A DNA stretch of 64,000 nucleotides, taken from the IMG/VR virus record IMGVR_UViG_3300035001_000008, positions 61,756 through 125,755 of that record, one strand, 5' to 3'. Shown here piece by piece: positions 45,405 through 54,473 of this stretch. Made by a program: the position numbers and the translations under genes. The notes beneath the pieces are model-generated. The model did not search any database. It was not told the origin of the DNA and saw only the letters and a program-made list of their open reading frames with translations. Within the stretch, counting starts at the first letter, position 1, and each line of letters opens with the position of its first letter. Source of the stretch: a virus.

Positions 45405-46133
45405 ATGGCAAACCTAAAGATCAAAGGCTTTCCTTCTGTCTCTGTCCTATCACTAAATCACTACAATCATGTTGTTTCTGCAAAGGGTAACTTTACGACT
45501 CACGCAGAAAGCCAACGGTATGTTAACACCATATTTGAAGCCTTTATAGGTCAGTACCCTGAGTTAGAATATAGCTATATCTATATCTATCTAAATGGGG
45601 ATTGTCGCTATTTCCATACGGCTAGACAGTTAAGGTGTTCTACCAAGCCAGTTAAAATAATGCCTACTTTTCAGAAATTAAATTGTGAGCTTACAGAGTC
45701 TTATTTCAAGGCTCAGAACGATTTTGAGATTAGGTACTTTTTCCGCAAGCACCTAGGCACTTACCAATGCCTAGGTGCTGCTTGGGATGCATACGGGTCT
45801 GCTAGGGGGAATCTATCGGATGTCTCAGGCAAGCTAGTTAAGTCTTGGGACACTGAGATATCTTCTGCCCGGTTAGGCATCCTAGAGTCTTGTGACGAAG
45901 CCCCTGGTAAGTGGCAGGCCAACGGCTACCACTACCCCAACAAACCTAATTGGGATTTATTCGATAAGGCTCAGTCGCTAATTCCTGCCGGGTTTCATTT
46001 TAGCCAGCAGGCTATCAAAGTTGAGCAAGCCGCGCTAGTCGATGATATCCCAGCAGACTATATGGTGATTCTAAAAGATGCCCCCCGTTACGCTAGGCAA
46101 CAGAGGGCATTTTGGGACTCAGTTAAGGCTTGA
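45405..46133 (+). CDS. hypothetical protein (242 aa)
   Basis: Long ORF divergent from parM and convergent with the repressor-like gene. Confidence 0.6.
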   Translation: MANLKIKGFPSVSVLSLNHYNHVVSAKGNFTTHAESQRYVNTIFEAFIGQYPELEYSYIYIYLNGDCRYFHTARQLRCSTKPVKIMPTFQKLNCELTESYFKAQNDFEIRYFFRKHLGTYQCLGAAWDAYGSARGNLSDVSGKLVKSWDTEISSARLGILESCDEAPGKWQANGYHYPNKPNWDLFDKAQSLIPAGFHFSQQAIKVEQAALVDDIPADYMVILKDAPRYARQQRAFWDSVKA

Positions 46134-46137
46134 GCAA

Positions 46138-47349
46138 TTAAGCCGTTTGAAGCTCAGGGTGATGGATCTTAATTGATTCGTCACTCTGAGCTTTTGTGTA
46201 GGCTAGAATAACCTCTTCTCTCGAAAGGTCACTATCACACAAAACATTTAGCCCTTCAATCAAAGCGTTAATCGTTCTATCGGCTTTATACCTTGTTTTA
46301 ATTGGCAAGGTTGGATCGCTGTAAATAGAATCAAATCCTCCACTTAATAACGTTTCAACATCTTCCAAAGGAATACCTGAAAACTCGGCAATCTCAGCTA
46401 ACGTTTTACCTGACTCTGTAATAACCCTTCTAACCGACTCTAAGGGATCCACCATGATATAAAGTTCCTCAACTTTAGAAGCGGGTACTTCAATCTGTTT
46501 GGTAGATGTAAGCGCTTCAAGTAAACGACCAAATAAAGCATTTTGAGTAGACATTAAACTACTCAATACATTTCCTAAATCAGATGAACCACCCGAATCA
46601 ACACTACCATTTAAATTATTTTGTAAATGCTGCCTTGCTAGGGAATCTTCTAACGTTTGAATACGATTTAGAATGTCCGGTGATATCCCTGATGTGACTT
46701 CTACGTTACCTGATGTATAGATGCCTGCTAACTCAGAACTAACCTTTTCTTGAAACGTGTTAAACGCTTCACGCAGTCCTGATACATTAGTTCTAAGGTC
46801 TTTAACATCAGATTCAGTTTGAAGTTGAAAGTCTTCTAGGTCTGCCACCCTTTCGACTAGATGAGTAATTTGATCAGGGAATCTACGAGAATCCGCTAAC
46901 GATAGACCAAATACGTAAGCAAACATATCACGGTTGATAGGTAGAGCATAACCAGCTTTACGGGAAAGCTCAGGTTCTAGTTCAGATGATTCTGTATAAT
47001 CTTCAGTATCAATACCGCTTTTCTCTAAAGTAGATAGATAAATAGTTTCAATATTTTCTTTCTCTTCATCAGCCGCTTCAGGTAGAGCTAGCGCCAATAC
47101 CTTAAGGTTGGCTTGGTTAGGCACTACCTTAACGAAACCTTCTAGTTCTTCAGCAGGCTTACCTATAGCATCTGAAGCCTTAAACCATCTCATTAAAGTA
47201 GTCGGGTTCAGGTCTGCACCTGTGCCCGTTAGCTCTTTGCCTAGCTTTCCATAGCCGATACCACCATAAACGGTGTTCTTAACGTAATCCGTTGCACGGG
47301 ATAAGTATGCCCGCTGGATATCACTAATCGGTTTACCAAAGTTACTCAT
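46138..47349 (-). CDS. repressor-like protein: N-terminal HTH, coiled coil, second XRE-like HTH (403 aa)
   Basis: GYGKLGKEL..LNPTTLMRWF; central heptads; RRVITESGKTLAEIAEFSGIPLEDVETLLSG. Confidence 0.55.
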   Translation of the reverse strand: MSNFGKPISDIQRAYLSRATDYVKNTVYGGIGYGKLGKELTGTGADLNPTTLMRWFKASDAIGKPAEELEGFVKVVPNQANLKVLALALPEAADEEKENIETIYLSTLEKSGIDTEDYTESSELEPELSRKAGYALPINRDMFAYVFGLSLADSRRFPDQITHLVERVADLEDFQLQTESDVKDLRTNVSGLREAFNTFQEKVSSELAGIYTSGNVEVTSGISPDILNRIQTLEDSLARQHLQNNLNGSVDSGGSSDLGNVLSSLMSTQNALFGRLLEALTSTKQIEVPASKVEELYIMVDPLESVRRVITESGKTLAEIAEFSGIPLEDVETLLSGGFDSIYSDPTLPIKTRYKADRTINALIEGLNVLCDSDLSREEVILAYTKAQSDESIKIHHPELQTA

Positions 47350-47357
47350 AAAGTTCC

Positions 47358-47404
47358 ATACTATTACAGTTAATAGTATATGACTAAAATCACAAGTTAC
47401 GCAA
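47358..47404 (-). promoter_or_regulatory. promoter with overlapping palindromic operator
   Basis: TTGCGT-N18-TATACT on minus; ATACTATTA-CAGT-TAATAGTAT (47358-79) covers -10 and +1. Confidence 0.7.
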
Positions 47405-47429
47405 CGTTTTACTTGTTTTTATCGGATTT

Positions 47430-47556
47430 AAATAAATAATAACCCCCGACTCATCACTAGGCGCATAGCCTTTATCGGAGAATCGGAGGTCTTGGTTGGG
47501 TCGGGTAATATTTGCCGAGACACGAGACAATGACCCTCGTATCTCTTACCGCGACT
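47430..47556 (-). ncRNA. predicted ~120-nt structured small RNA of unknown family
   Basis: Extended -10 TGCTATACT (47570-62) 6 nt before first stem; three stems that pair fully only on minus (G-U wobbles); U-rich 3' tail. Confidence 0.55.
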
Positions 47557-47559
47557 GAT

Positions 47560-48615
47560 TTAGTATAGCATAGCTTGGGCGTTAGATGGTGCGGTTATCT
47601 CTCTATCCAGCTTAAGTACATCTCTAGTAAACAGTTCTGTGTTACCGCTGTCTAATATTGGATGACCTTTGTATTTATATTTGGCGTATTTTTTAAGGAT
47701 TGCTTGTTCTTCCTCATAAGCCATGCTTCCAAAAATATAGGTTTTGCTATGAATTATTGTGTATTGTAAGCGGTCACTACTGAACCTTTCTCCTACTGTT
47801 CTATTTGTTATTCCTATTTTGTAGTAAGATTTACCTTCGACAGTGAACCTTATATAGTATAGAGTTGCTGGTTTATTGGGGTTAAATCCTCCATTTTGAT
47901 TACAGGATATACATCTATGACCTTTTTGCCATGAATCCCATGGCATTGAATTGTTATGCCCTGTAGGGCATGTAAACCTTAATTTTGCATTAGATCTAGT
48001 GTATGTGTCATGTAGTATATAAGATTCTTTTTCAAATTCGCTTTTTACAAAATTAGGGGATAGATGTTTAGTACAAAAATAACACCTAGACCCCGTAACC
48101 CAATGCTTATACGCAATTTGATGTATATGGCCCTCAGGGCATCTAAATTTTATTGGGTCTTGGTATCTTTTATAGTCCTCTAAAAGTTCGTATCCATAAT
48201 ATTCAAAAGACTTTTTTACTATTTCTTTGTCGAGTGGCTGTGTACCCGCGCATACCCGACAACGCCCACCGCTCTGGAATACTGTCCAGGTTATCTCTGT
48301 ATGGTGCCCTTTGTTGCATATAATTTTTATATTCCTGTGAGCTTTTACGTAGTCTTCCAGCATCGTGTAGCCAGCAGCGGTAAAGGCATTCTTAACCATG
48401 TCAACGTCTTGAACTATACCAGCACAATATTTACACCGTTTACCTTTTAGAAAGTTAGCCATCGTGCTTGTGGTTTTGTGGCCTTTAGGGCATACAACAT
48501 TTAGCGGGGTAACATTGTTTTTGTAGGCTACATCAAGGAGTCTGTACCCATCACTTTCAAAAGTATTTTTAACAAATTCGTAGGAATATTTAGTGCCCAT
48601 TAGTGATCCGCCCAA
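47560..48615 (-). CDS. Zn-ribbon-repeat protein with C-terminal GIY-YIG-like endonuclease domain (351 aa)
   Basis: Four CPxGH...CxxC repeats; YYIRF..YKIGIT..SGNTELF; overlaps polA 3' end. Confidence 0.78.
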   Translation of the reverse strand: MGGSLMGTKYSYEFVKNTFESDGYRLLDVAYKNNVTPLNVVCPKGHKTTSTMANFLKGKRCKYCAGIVQDVDMVKNAFTAAGYTMLEDYVKAHRNIKIICNKGHHTEITWTVFQSGGRCRVCAGTQPLDKEIVKKSFEYYGYELLEDYKRYQDPIKFRCPEGHIHQIAYKHWVTGSRCYFCTKHLSPNFVKSEFEKESYILHDTYTRSNAKLRFTCPTGHNNSMPWDSWQKGHRCISCNQNGGFNPNKPATLYYIRFTVEGKSYYKIGITNRTVGERFSSDRLQYTIIHSKTYIFGSMAYEEEQAILKKYAKYKYKGHPILDSGNTELFTRDVLKLDREITAPSNAQAMLY

Positions 48616-50600
48616 CTACTAATGATTAAATCCTCAGGGTTAGCGTTGATGTCATCAACGGGTATACACTTAATCCAATTTTGCATAGCGGCCTGCATAT
48701 TAGCTTGCAGAGCTTTAGCTACGTCTAATACATGTATAGCATTAGACGTTACGCACAATTCATCGTGGCAGACATTTGATAATACAGCTTCCCATTCAGG
48801 ATGTTTATCAATCTCCATTAAAAAACCAATCATTGCAAGTTTAATAACTGAACCTTCAGCCCCAGTCCAAAAGAATGAAACACAGTCAGACGCTTTTACT
48901 GCTGGAGGGTCATTGGGTCTAAAATCTGATAGCATCTTAAGCATAAATAATCTTCTACCAGTCATGCCTACAGCTACTCCATACTCTTTACCCTCAATAA
49001 CAACTGTATTCTTATTGGTTTCATCAATGGCTTTTAGTTGAAACTTATAAAGTCCGTTGTACGTTTCTCGCCATGCTTTGATTGCGTCTTTAGCCTCTTT
49101 AACCGTCATATCAATACCCGCATCTGTTTTAGCGGTAGTCTTTAGGGTATTACCACCTTGCATGTTGAGACTGCCATAAAATGTAGGCTTAGCAACCTGC
49201 CTTAAAAGAGAAGCTTCTTTGTAATTAGGATGGTCTTTATCTTTACGCCATTTTGTAATATTTTCAATTGTCCAATCAGACCCTTTGCCCTTTAACTGGG
49301 CTAGCTTAGATGCCGTAGCGGCGTGCATATCTAGTCCATCGTTATAGATAGCCTTAAGCGTTTCATCGCCGCTGTACTCTGTTGCTAGGCGGCTGTGGGC
49401 AGAGCTTAAGTCACCAGATAGAAGCTTTTTATTTTCATTTGGGGGTATTCTAAATGCACTTCTAGGGTGAGGTAGCCCCAAAGCCTCTAATTCCTTAGGC
49501 ACTCTAGCAGGGGGATTCTGTAGGTTAACCCCTAGCCTGCCTGAACGCTTATCTCCCCCACACGTCGATCTTCCAAAGCCCTTAGGGGCTTGCTGTCTAT
49601 AAATGCCTCTAACAGCCCCATCATGGTAAGACTTAAGCATTCCTAGCTGATAATCTAGCAATGTGGTTAGACTACGCCATGAAAGAATAGCAGCAATAGG
49701 CGGATTACTTTTATAGGGTGCTAAGTCATCAGCAGATGTACCAGTAAGCGGTTTTTTAAGATACTCGCTAAGAGTAGTTAAAAGCTGCTTAGGAGAACTA
49801 GCGCTAGCATTTGGGAATTGCTTAGTAAAAGGCTCTAACACAATAGCCTCCGCATCTTGATACTTTTTAATGTTTTCCTTTAGCAGTTTTATATCTACAG
49901 GCATTCCATAATACTCCATCATCACGAATGCCGGTAGAGCCTCACACTCAATCAAACCATCTCCTTTTAATCCATCATTTACCAACATTTCCCCTAACTT
50001 ATAAAAAATATCAATTACTAACAATGCGTCTTTAGAGGCATAGTTAATCTGTTTATTTGTAAGAATAGGTGCCCACCATTCAGAGGTTTGTTCAGTTTTA
50101 TCAACTTCCCCAAACCCTACCCTAGAAGCAATTTCCTTTAATGAATGCCTTATTTGCTTCAATCCTGCCCAATAAAGTTGAGACATAAGCATAGTGTCTC
50201 TAGTGCCTCTAGCCTCAAACCCGTATTTACAAAGAATAAATAGTAAATCAAATTTAAGGTTCTGCCCTACGGTTAAATGGTGCCTGCTTTTTAATTGCGT
50301 TTTTAGAACACTTAAAAATTCATCGATTACAACTTGAGGCGTCTTGCACCCATCGATACCACCCAAGTCTAGGACTAAGCATTGACCAGATGGTAAACCT
50401 ACCTGAATGAGGCGGATAGAACCTTTCCAAGGATTTAGACCATCTCTAGGATCATCCAATCCAAACGTTTCAATATCTAAGCCCCATACCCTAGCCGTCT
50501 TCCATTCTTCCAAACATTCAGCCCATCGAGTGTCTGTGTAAAACACAACACAGGCGTCTAAGGCTACATCTTCCTCAAGTAAAAGCGAACCTTGGAACAT
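48600..50600 (-). CDS. polA: family A DNA polymerase with 3'-5' exonuclease, no 5' nuclease domain (666 aa)
   Basis: ExoI LDIET, ExoII GQNLKFD, ExoIII YASKD; motif A SGDLSSAHSR, motif B RQVAKPTFYG, motif C CHDEL. Confidence 0.9.
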   Translation of the reverse strand: MFQGSLLLEEDVALDACVVFYTDTRWAECLEEWKTARVWGLDIETFGLDDPRDGLNPWKGSIRLIQVGLPSGQCLVLDLGGIDGCKTPQVVIDEFLSVLKTQLKSRHHLTVGQNLKFDLLFILCKYGFEARGTRDTMLMSQLYWAGLKQIRHSLKEIASRVGFGEVDKTEQTSEWWAPILTNKQINYASKDALLVIDIFYKLGEMLVNDGLKGDGLIECEALPAFVMMEYYGMPVDIKLLKENIKKYQDAEAIVLEPFTKQFPNASASSPKQLLTTLSEYLKKPLTGTSADDLAPYKSNPPIAAILSWRSLTTLLDYQLGMLKSYHDGAVRGIYRQQAPKGFGRSTCGGDKRSGRLGVNLQNPPARVPKELEALGLPHPRSAFRIPPNENKKLLSGDLSSAHSRLATEYSGDETLKAIYNDGLDMHAATASKLAQLKGKGSDWTIENITKWRKDKDHPNYKEASLLRQVAKPTFYGSLNMQGGNTLKTTAKTDAGIDMTVKEAKDAIKAWRETYNGLYKFQLKAIDETNKNTVVIEGKEYGVAVGMTGRRLFMLKMLSDFRPNDPPAVKASDCVSFFWTGAEGSVIKLAMIGFLMEIDKHPEWEAVLSNVCHDELCVTSNAIHVLDVAKALQANMQAAMQNWIKCIPVDDINANPEDLIISSWADH

Positions 50601-50670
50601 AATTACTCTATATATATAGGAGTCGCAGTAGTCCGTGTTTATTTAATTCAGTCTAACGTTAAACTAATGA

Positions 50671-50699
50671 TAGCACATTAGACGGATATGTGTTACACT
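50671..50699 (+). promoter_or_regulatory. promoter of primase operon (divergent from polA)
   Basis: TAGCAC-N17-TACACT; spacer starts ATTAGAC; GTCTAACGTTAAAC box upstream. Confidence 0.6.
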
Positions 50700-50735
50700 T
50701 GAGACTCAGATACACAATAGAGGATATATGATTAT

Positions 50736-50885
50736 ATGGCAAAGATTACGTTAAACGTTAGGGTGAATCCTGGTATCCGTAAACGCCTTGAGGACAAGGC
50801 CGAAGCTGAGGGAGGGACATTGAGTAGTGTAGTCAACCATGCTCTAGCCGCTTACCTTGATTTTCTTGACGGTGTCAAGAGATGA
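50736..50885 (+). CDS. Arc/CopG-like ribbon-helix-helix regulator (49 aa, not in ORF track)
   Basis: MAKITLNVRVNPGIRKRLEDKAEAEGRTLSSVVNHALAAYL; ATGA overlap with next gene. Confidence 0.8.
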   Translation: MAKITLNVRVNPGIRKRLEDKAEAEGGTLSSVVNHALAAYLDFLDGVKR

Positions 50886-51289
50886 CAGAGTCTAAGAGAT
50901 TATTTTCTTTAGAAGGATCTCCCCAGTTCTGCCTAAGAACACAATCTAAAACCTTACCAGACTGCTCAGGTGTATATGTAATCACAACGCACCTACCTAG
51001 ACGAAAGTTAGGGGAAATTGTGTATGTAGGAAAAGCGATAAATATTAGGAAACGATGGGAAACTCACGATAAAAAACAATACTTTCTATGGAGATACAAA
51101 AAGATATACCTTTATGTCTTGTTTCCCGGTATTGCTGAATCAGAGCTAAATGATAAAGAAAAGGAAGTAACTAGGAAGTTGAAGCCTAGAGAGAATTACT
51201 TGAACAATGCCCAAAACCATAGGCCAGCATACCAAGACTCTGGCAAAGTTTTACAGTTTAAGCCCGTTGGTACGAAGTTTGATTTTTAA
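50882..51289 (+). CDS. GIY-YIG nuclease (135 aa)
   Basis: SGVYVI..IVYVGKAINIRKRWETH..EKE..LKPREN. Confidence 0.8.
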   Translation: MTESKRLFSLEGSPQFCLRTQSKTLPDCSGVYVITTHLPRRKLGEIVYVGKAINIRKRWETHDKKQYFLWRYKKIYLYVLFPGIAESELNDKEKEVTRKLKPRENYLNNAQNHRPAYQDSGKVLQFKPVGTKFDF

Positions 51290-51308
51290 TAATTAACATG
51301 AACTAGCT

Positions 51309-54026
51309 ATGAATCTGGCAAACAAGCAAAATAATGTCATCTCATTTACTCCTACCAGCTCTGAACTAAGGGGTTCTTTGATTTCAGGTCTATCTATAAT
51401 CCCTGCTGATTGGGCGCTGACGCCTGTAATTGATAAAGCACCTATGCGTAGTGGGTGGCAGACTGAAGCGCCTATTGATAGAAATAGGCTGACTGAATCC
51501 CTTATGTATGGTGATGAACTACCTAGTAGTAAAGGCGGTAAGTGGAAAGCATGGTGGAATGGATACGGTATTAGAACCGGGTCGGTAAGTGGTGGATTAT
51601 TGGCCATTGACTGCGATGGGCCGTCAGCTAAACGAGTACTTACAGCATTAGGGCCATATACTTCTACAGTTAGTTGGACTTCTGGTAAGCCTGGTAGAGC
51701 ACAACTGCTATATCAATTGCCTAGAGATCTACAAAAGCGTATGGACGCTGTTAATTTCTCTAACGTTTCAGTTGATGAATACGATGGGGTTACGGCAACC
51801 GTAGGGGAGGAACTAGGCTTTAGATACAATGGCGCTTGCTCAACCTTGCCACCGTCGTATCATCCCGATACTAAAGAACCATACAGATGGATCATTTCTC
51901 CTGAGGGCCATACTGTATCAGACGCCCCTAAATGGCTAGTTCAATTTTTAACAGATAAATGTGATGAAATTGAATTAGATACCCTTGCTAAAAAAGCAAC
52001 GCTAAATCATGAGGCTAAAGCTAAAGGAGGATCATGGGACGATGTTGAATGGGCCAAGCACTACCTAAGAAATATCAACCCTTCTACTTTTGATTGGCAA
52101 TCTTGGTCTAAGTGTGTATTCGCCGCTCATACGGCTGGAGTAGATGAGGATACAGTTAGAGCATGGTCTGATAACTATAAAAGCCCTGAAAAGTTTGATA
52201 TTACTTGGCCGTACATCAAAGAAAGGGTATCCGGTAAGCGTGTTTCTATTGGAACATTAAACTATTTTGCAAAGCAGCAAGGATGGTCTGCTGTAAAAGC
52301 TATTGAAGATGGTTTTGTTCCAAGTGAAAAAGCCAAAGATGATTATGAGGTATCTTTTGCTGAGCTAATAGCGGAAGTAAGAGAAGCCAATGAACATAAA
52401 GACGTTGACTACAGAGATTTTGTATTATTTGACAAACTAGTAAAAAAGCACAATACTACCCGAAAGCGTATAGAAGAGATATTAAGGAGGATTCAAAAAG
52501 ATGAAGGTATTCTACAAAAAACAAGCTTTTCAGCAAAAGAGTTTTGTAATTTAGAAGAAGATGGTATTGGGTGGCTTATCCCTGGATTTGTACCCTCTAG
52601 CACCATGATTATGTTAAGTGCTATCGCTAAGGATGGTAAATCTACCTTAGTGTATGACCTACTTACAGCACTAATACATAAGCGTCCTTTTTTAGGTGAA
52701 AAGCCTACTAAACGCTGCAAAGTTTTACTTATTCAAACAGAGGAAAATGCAAGCGTTCTAAAGAAGAATCTAGATACAATTGGTTTATTTGATGAGAGTT
52801 GTGTATTAGACGATGATTTACTAAGAGTTGAACTGTCTTGGGATATTAACCGCTTAGATATTCTTGAGGGTTGGATTTCATCGTATAAGCCAGATTTTAT
52901 TATCTTTGATTCTTTAAGGTCGATCAGCGGAAATAATGCGGGTGAGTCAGCTAACGAGAATAATGCTCAGTTTGCTGTCCCTTTGGGCAACTTGAAAAGT
53001 AAGTTGAATACCTTTGGCTTACCTAGCCTAATCATTCACCACAATAATAAGTCAACTGAATCTAAGTTGAACAATAAATCAGCGGGTTCAGGTTCTATCG
53101 TATCTAAGCCAGATATTCTTTGGCAGTACGGAAGACTATCTGATGATATTCACGATCCTAAGCGTCTTCTAACTATAAGTGGGCGTCTATCCGCAAGCGT
53201 GTCATATAACATTGAATACACTCACGATGAATACGACAGACCTACCTTTAGAAATAATGGTGATGTTTCGGCATCGTCGGAAGAGAAGACATTGCGTAAA
53301 CGTGTAACAGACGTTCTAGAGGCCAACTACACCACTTGCCCCGCTGGGTTAACCCATACTGACCTAGCGAACCTTCTAGGGCTTGAGAAGGGTCACAAGT
53401 ACCTCTACAAGGTTTTAGATTTTCTTGTCTCAGCAAAGATAGTCAGTAAGACCAAAATGCCTAGCAATGCCAAGGTGAGACTATATAAACTCAGCCAAAC
53501 ACCTGAGAGTAGTACACAGTCTCAGAATGAAACTCATAATGAATCCGCTTTAACCTCTAATTACATGGATATGCCTAGAGTTAGTGAGAATAGACCGTAC
53601 ATAGATAAAGCTAGTAATATCAATACTTCTAGCTTTTCACCGAACATTTCACCGAACCCCTTGTACGGTGAAGAAAATGTTCACCCTAGTATAAATACGT
53701 ATGAAAACCAGAAACCCTTGCAGCAAGTGGATTTCAATGGTGTTTCACCTAAGAAAATGGTTTTCACCCAAGAGGGCAAAATCCATGTTGAGAGAATAGT
53801 ACAGTCTCATGGGAGTAGTGCCATTGGGCCTGATGGCCAGTACAGAAGAGATGTTAGCCCCCATACAAGAGATAGACCCCCTAGCCTAGTACCCAACCCC
53901 GCATATATCACAAGTTCTGTTACATCCGGCTTCCCGGAGGTTGTTACTAAGACTGAGCCTATTATCCATAAGGATTATTCACAGGTAGGAGCATCGACAA
54001 CAGCAGGGGAATGGGTTAGCTTCTAG
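51309..54026 (+). CDS. primase-helicase: Prim-Pol, PriCT-2, AAA_25-type helicase, winged helix (905 aa)
   Basis: WALTPV..KAP..GWQ, GIRTG..LLAIDCDG, STLPPSYHP; DWQSWSKCVFAAH; AIAKDGKST, FIIFDSL, IIHHNNK. Confidence 0.88.
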   Translation: MNLANKQNNVISFTPTSSELRGSLISGLSIIPADWALTPVIDKAPMRSGWQTEAPIDRNRLTESLMYGDELPSSKGGKWKAWWNGYGIRTGSVSGGLLAIDCDGPSAKRVLTALGPYTSTVSWTSGKPGRAQLLYQLPRDLQKRMDAVNFSNVSVDEYDGVTATVGEELGFRYNGACSTLPPSYHPDTKEPYRWIISPEGHTVSDAPKWLVQFLTDKCDEIELDTLAKKATLNHEAKAKGGSWDDVEWAKHYLRNINPSTFDWQSWSKCVFAAHTAGVDEDTVRAWSDNYKSPEKFDITWPYIKERVSGKRVSIGTLNYFAKQQGWSAVKAIEDGFVPSEKAKDDYEVSFAELIAEVREANEHKDVDYRDFVLFDKLVKKHNTTRKRIEEILRRIQKDEGILQKTSFSAKEFCNLEEDGIGWLIPGFVPSSTMIMLSAIAKDGKSTLVYDLLTALIHKRPFLGEKPTKRCKVLLIQTEENASVLKKNLDTIGLFDESCVLDDDLLRVELSWDINRLDILEGWISSYKPDFIIFDSLRSISGNNAGESANENNAQFAVPLGNLKSKLNTFGLPSLIIHHNNKSTESKLNNKSAGSGSIVSKPDILWQYGRLSDDIHDPKRLLTISGRLSASVSYNIEYTHDEYDRPTFRNNGDVSASSEEKTLRKRVTDVLEANYTTCPAGLTHTDLANLLGLEKGHKYLYKVLDFLVSAKIVSKTKMPSNAKVRLYKLSQTPESSTQSQNETHNESALTSNYMDMPRVSENRPYIDKASNINTSSFSPNISPNPLYGEENVHPSINTYENQKPLQQVDFNGVSPKKMVFTQEGKIHVERIVQSHGSSAIGPDGQYRRDVSPHTRDRPPSLVPNPAYITSSVTSGFPEVVTKTEPIIHKDYSQVGASTTAGEWVSF

Positions 54027-54055
54027 TTATCTAACGTTAAACAGGTATCAAACAA

Positions 54056-54433
54056 ATGGATTACTTTAATCGTGCTGAGTGGATGAGAGATTCTAAGCTT
54101 TGCCATACCTTTGAAATAATTGACCGCAAAGCGTTAAGACTGGCTGATGGAACCATAGACACTGTGACGTATCTAGATAACATGGGTGTATGGCATAACC
54201 ATGAAGACTGTCAGCCCCTTTTAGGTGACATTGAAGCTATGTCAGCCCTTATAACCGCTACCGCTAATCAAGCTGCTTCTAGCGGCTGTATGGCTACCCT
54301 AGCGGAGCTTACAGAGTTTAAGGAAATCATGCCGTTTGAAGTAGTTAAGGATACTTGGTTAGCTCTACCCGCTGAGATACGGGCAAAGATTACTGAAATG
54401 TCTAAATCTAAGGCGTTAGCCGTTGCACGTTAG
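54056..54433 (+). CDS. hypothetical protein (125 aa)
   Basis: ORF after primase. Confidence 0.65.
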   Translation: MDYFNRAEWMRDSKLCHTFEIIDRKALRLADGTIDTVTYLDNMGVWHNHEDCQPLLGDIEAMSALITATANQAASSGCMATLAELTEFKEIMPFEVVKDTWLALPAEIRAKITEMSKSKALAVAR

Positions 54434-54451
54434 ACAAAGTTGAACTATACT
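54423..54451 (+). promoter_or_regulatory. sigma70-type promoter
   Basis: TTGCAC-N17-TATACT; spacer starts GTTAGAC. Confidence 0.7.
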
Positions 54452-54473
54452 TAGGGAATATTGGAGGGAATAA

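Noticed and set aside
45251-45490. 79-aa GTG-start ORF
   Set aside because: Overlaps the 242-aa ORF by 86 bp in another frame, no motif; cannot be supported
47430-47556. Resemblance to c-di-GMP-I riboswitch (GGCAAA, CCUCCG...GGGGUUA) or hammerhead (GUGAUGAG)
   Set aside because: Lacks the GNRA tetraloop/receptor and GACGCAAA junction of the riboswitch; lacks CUGAUGA and GAAA of a hammerhead; kept as unknown RNA
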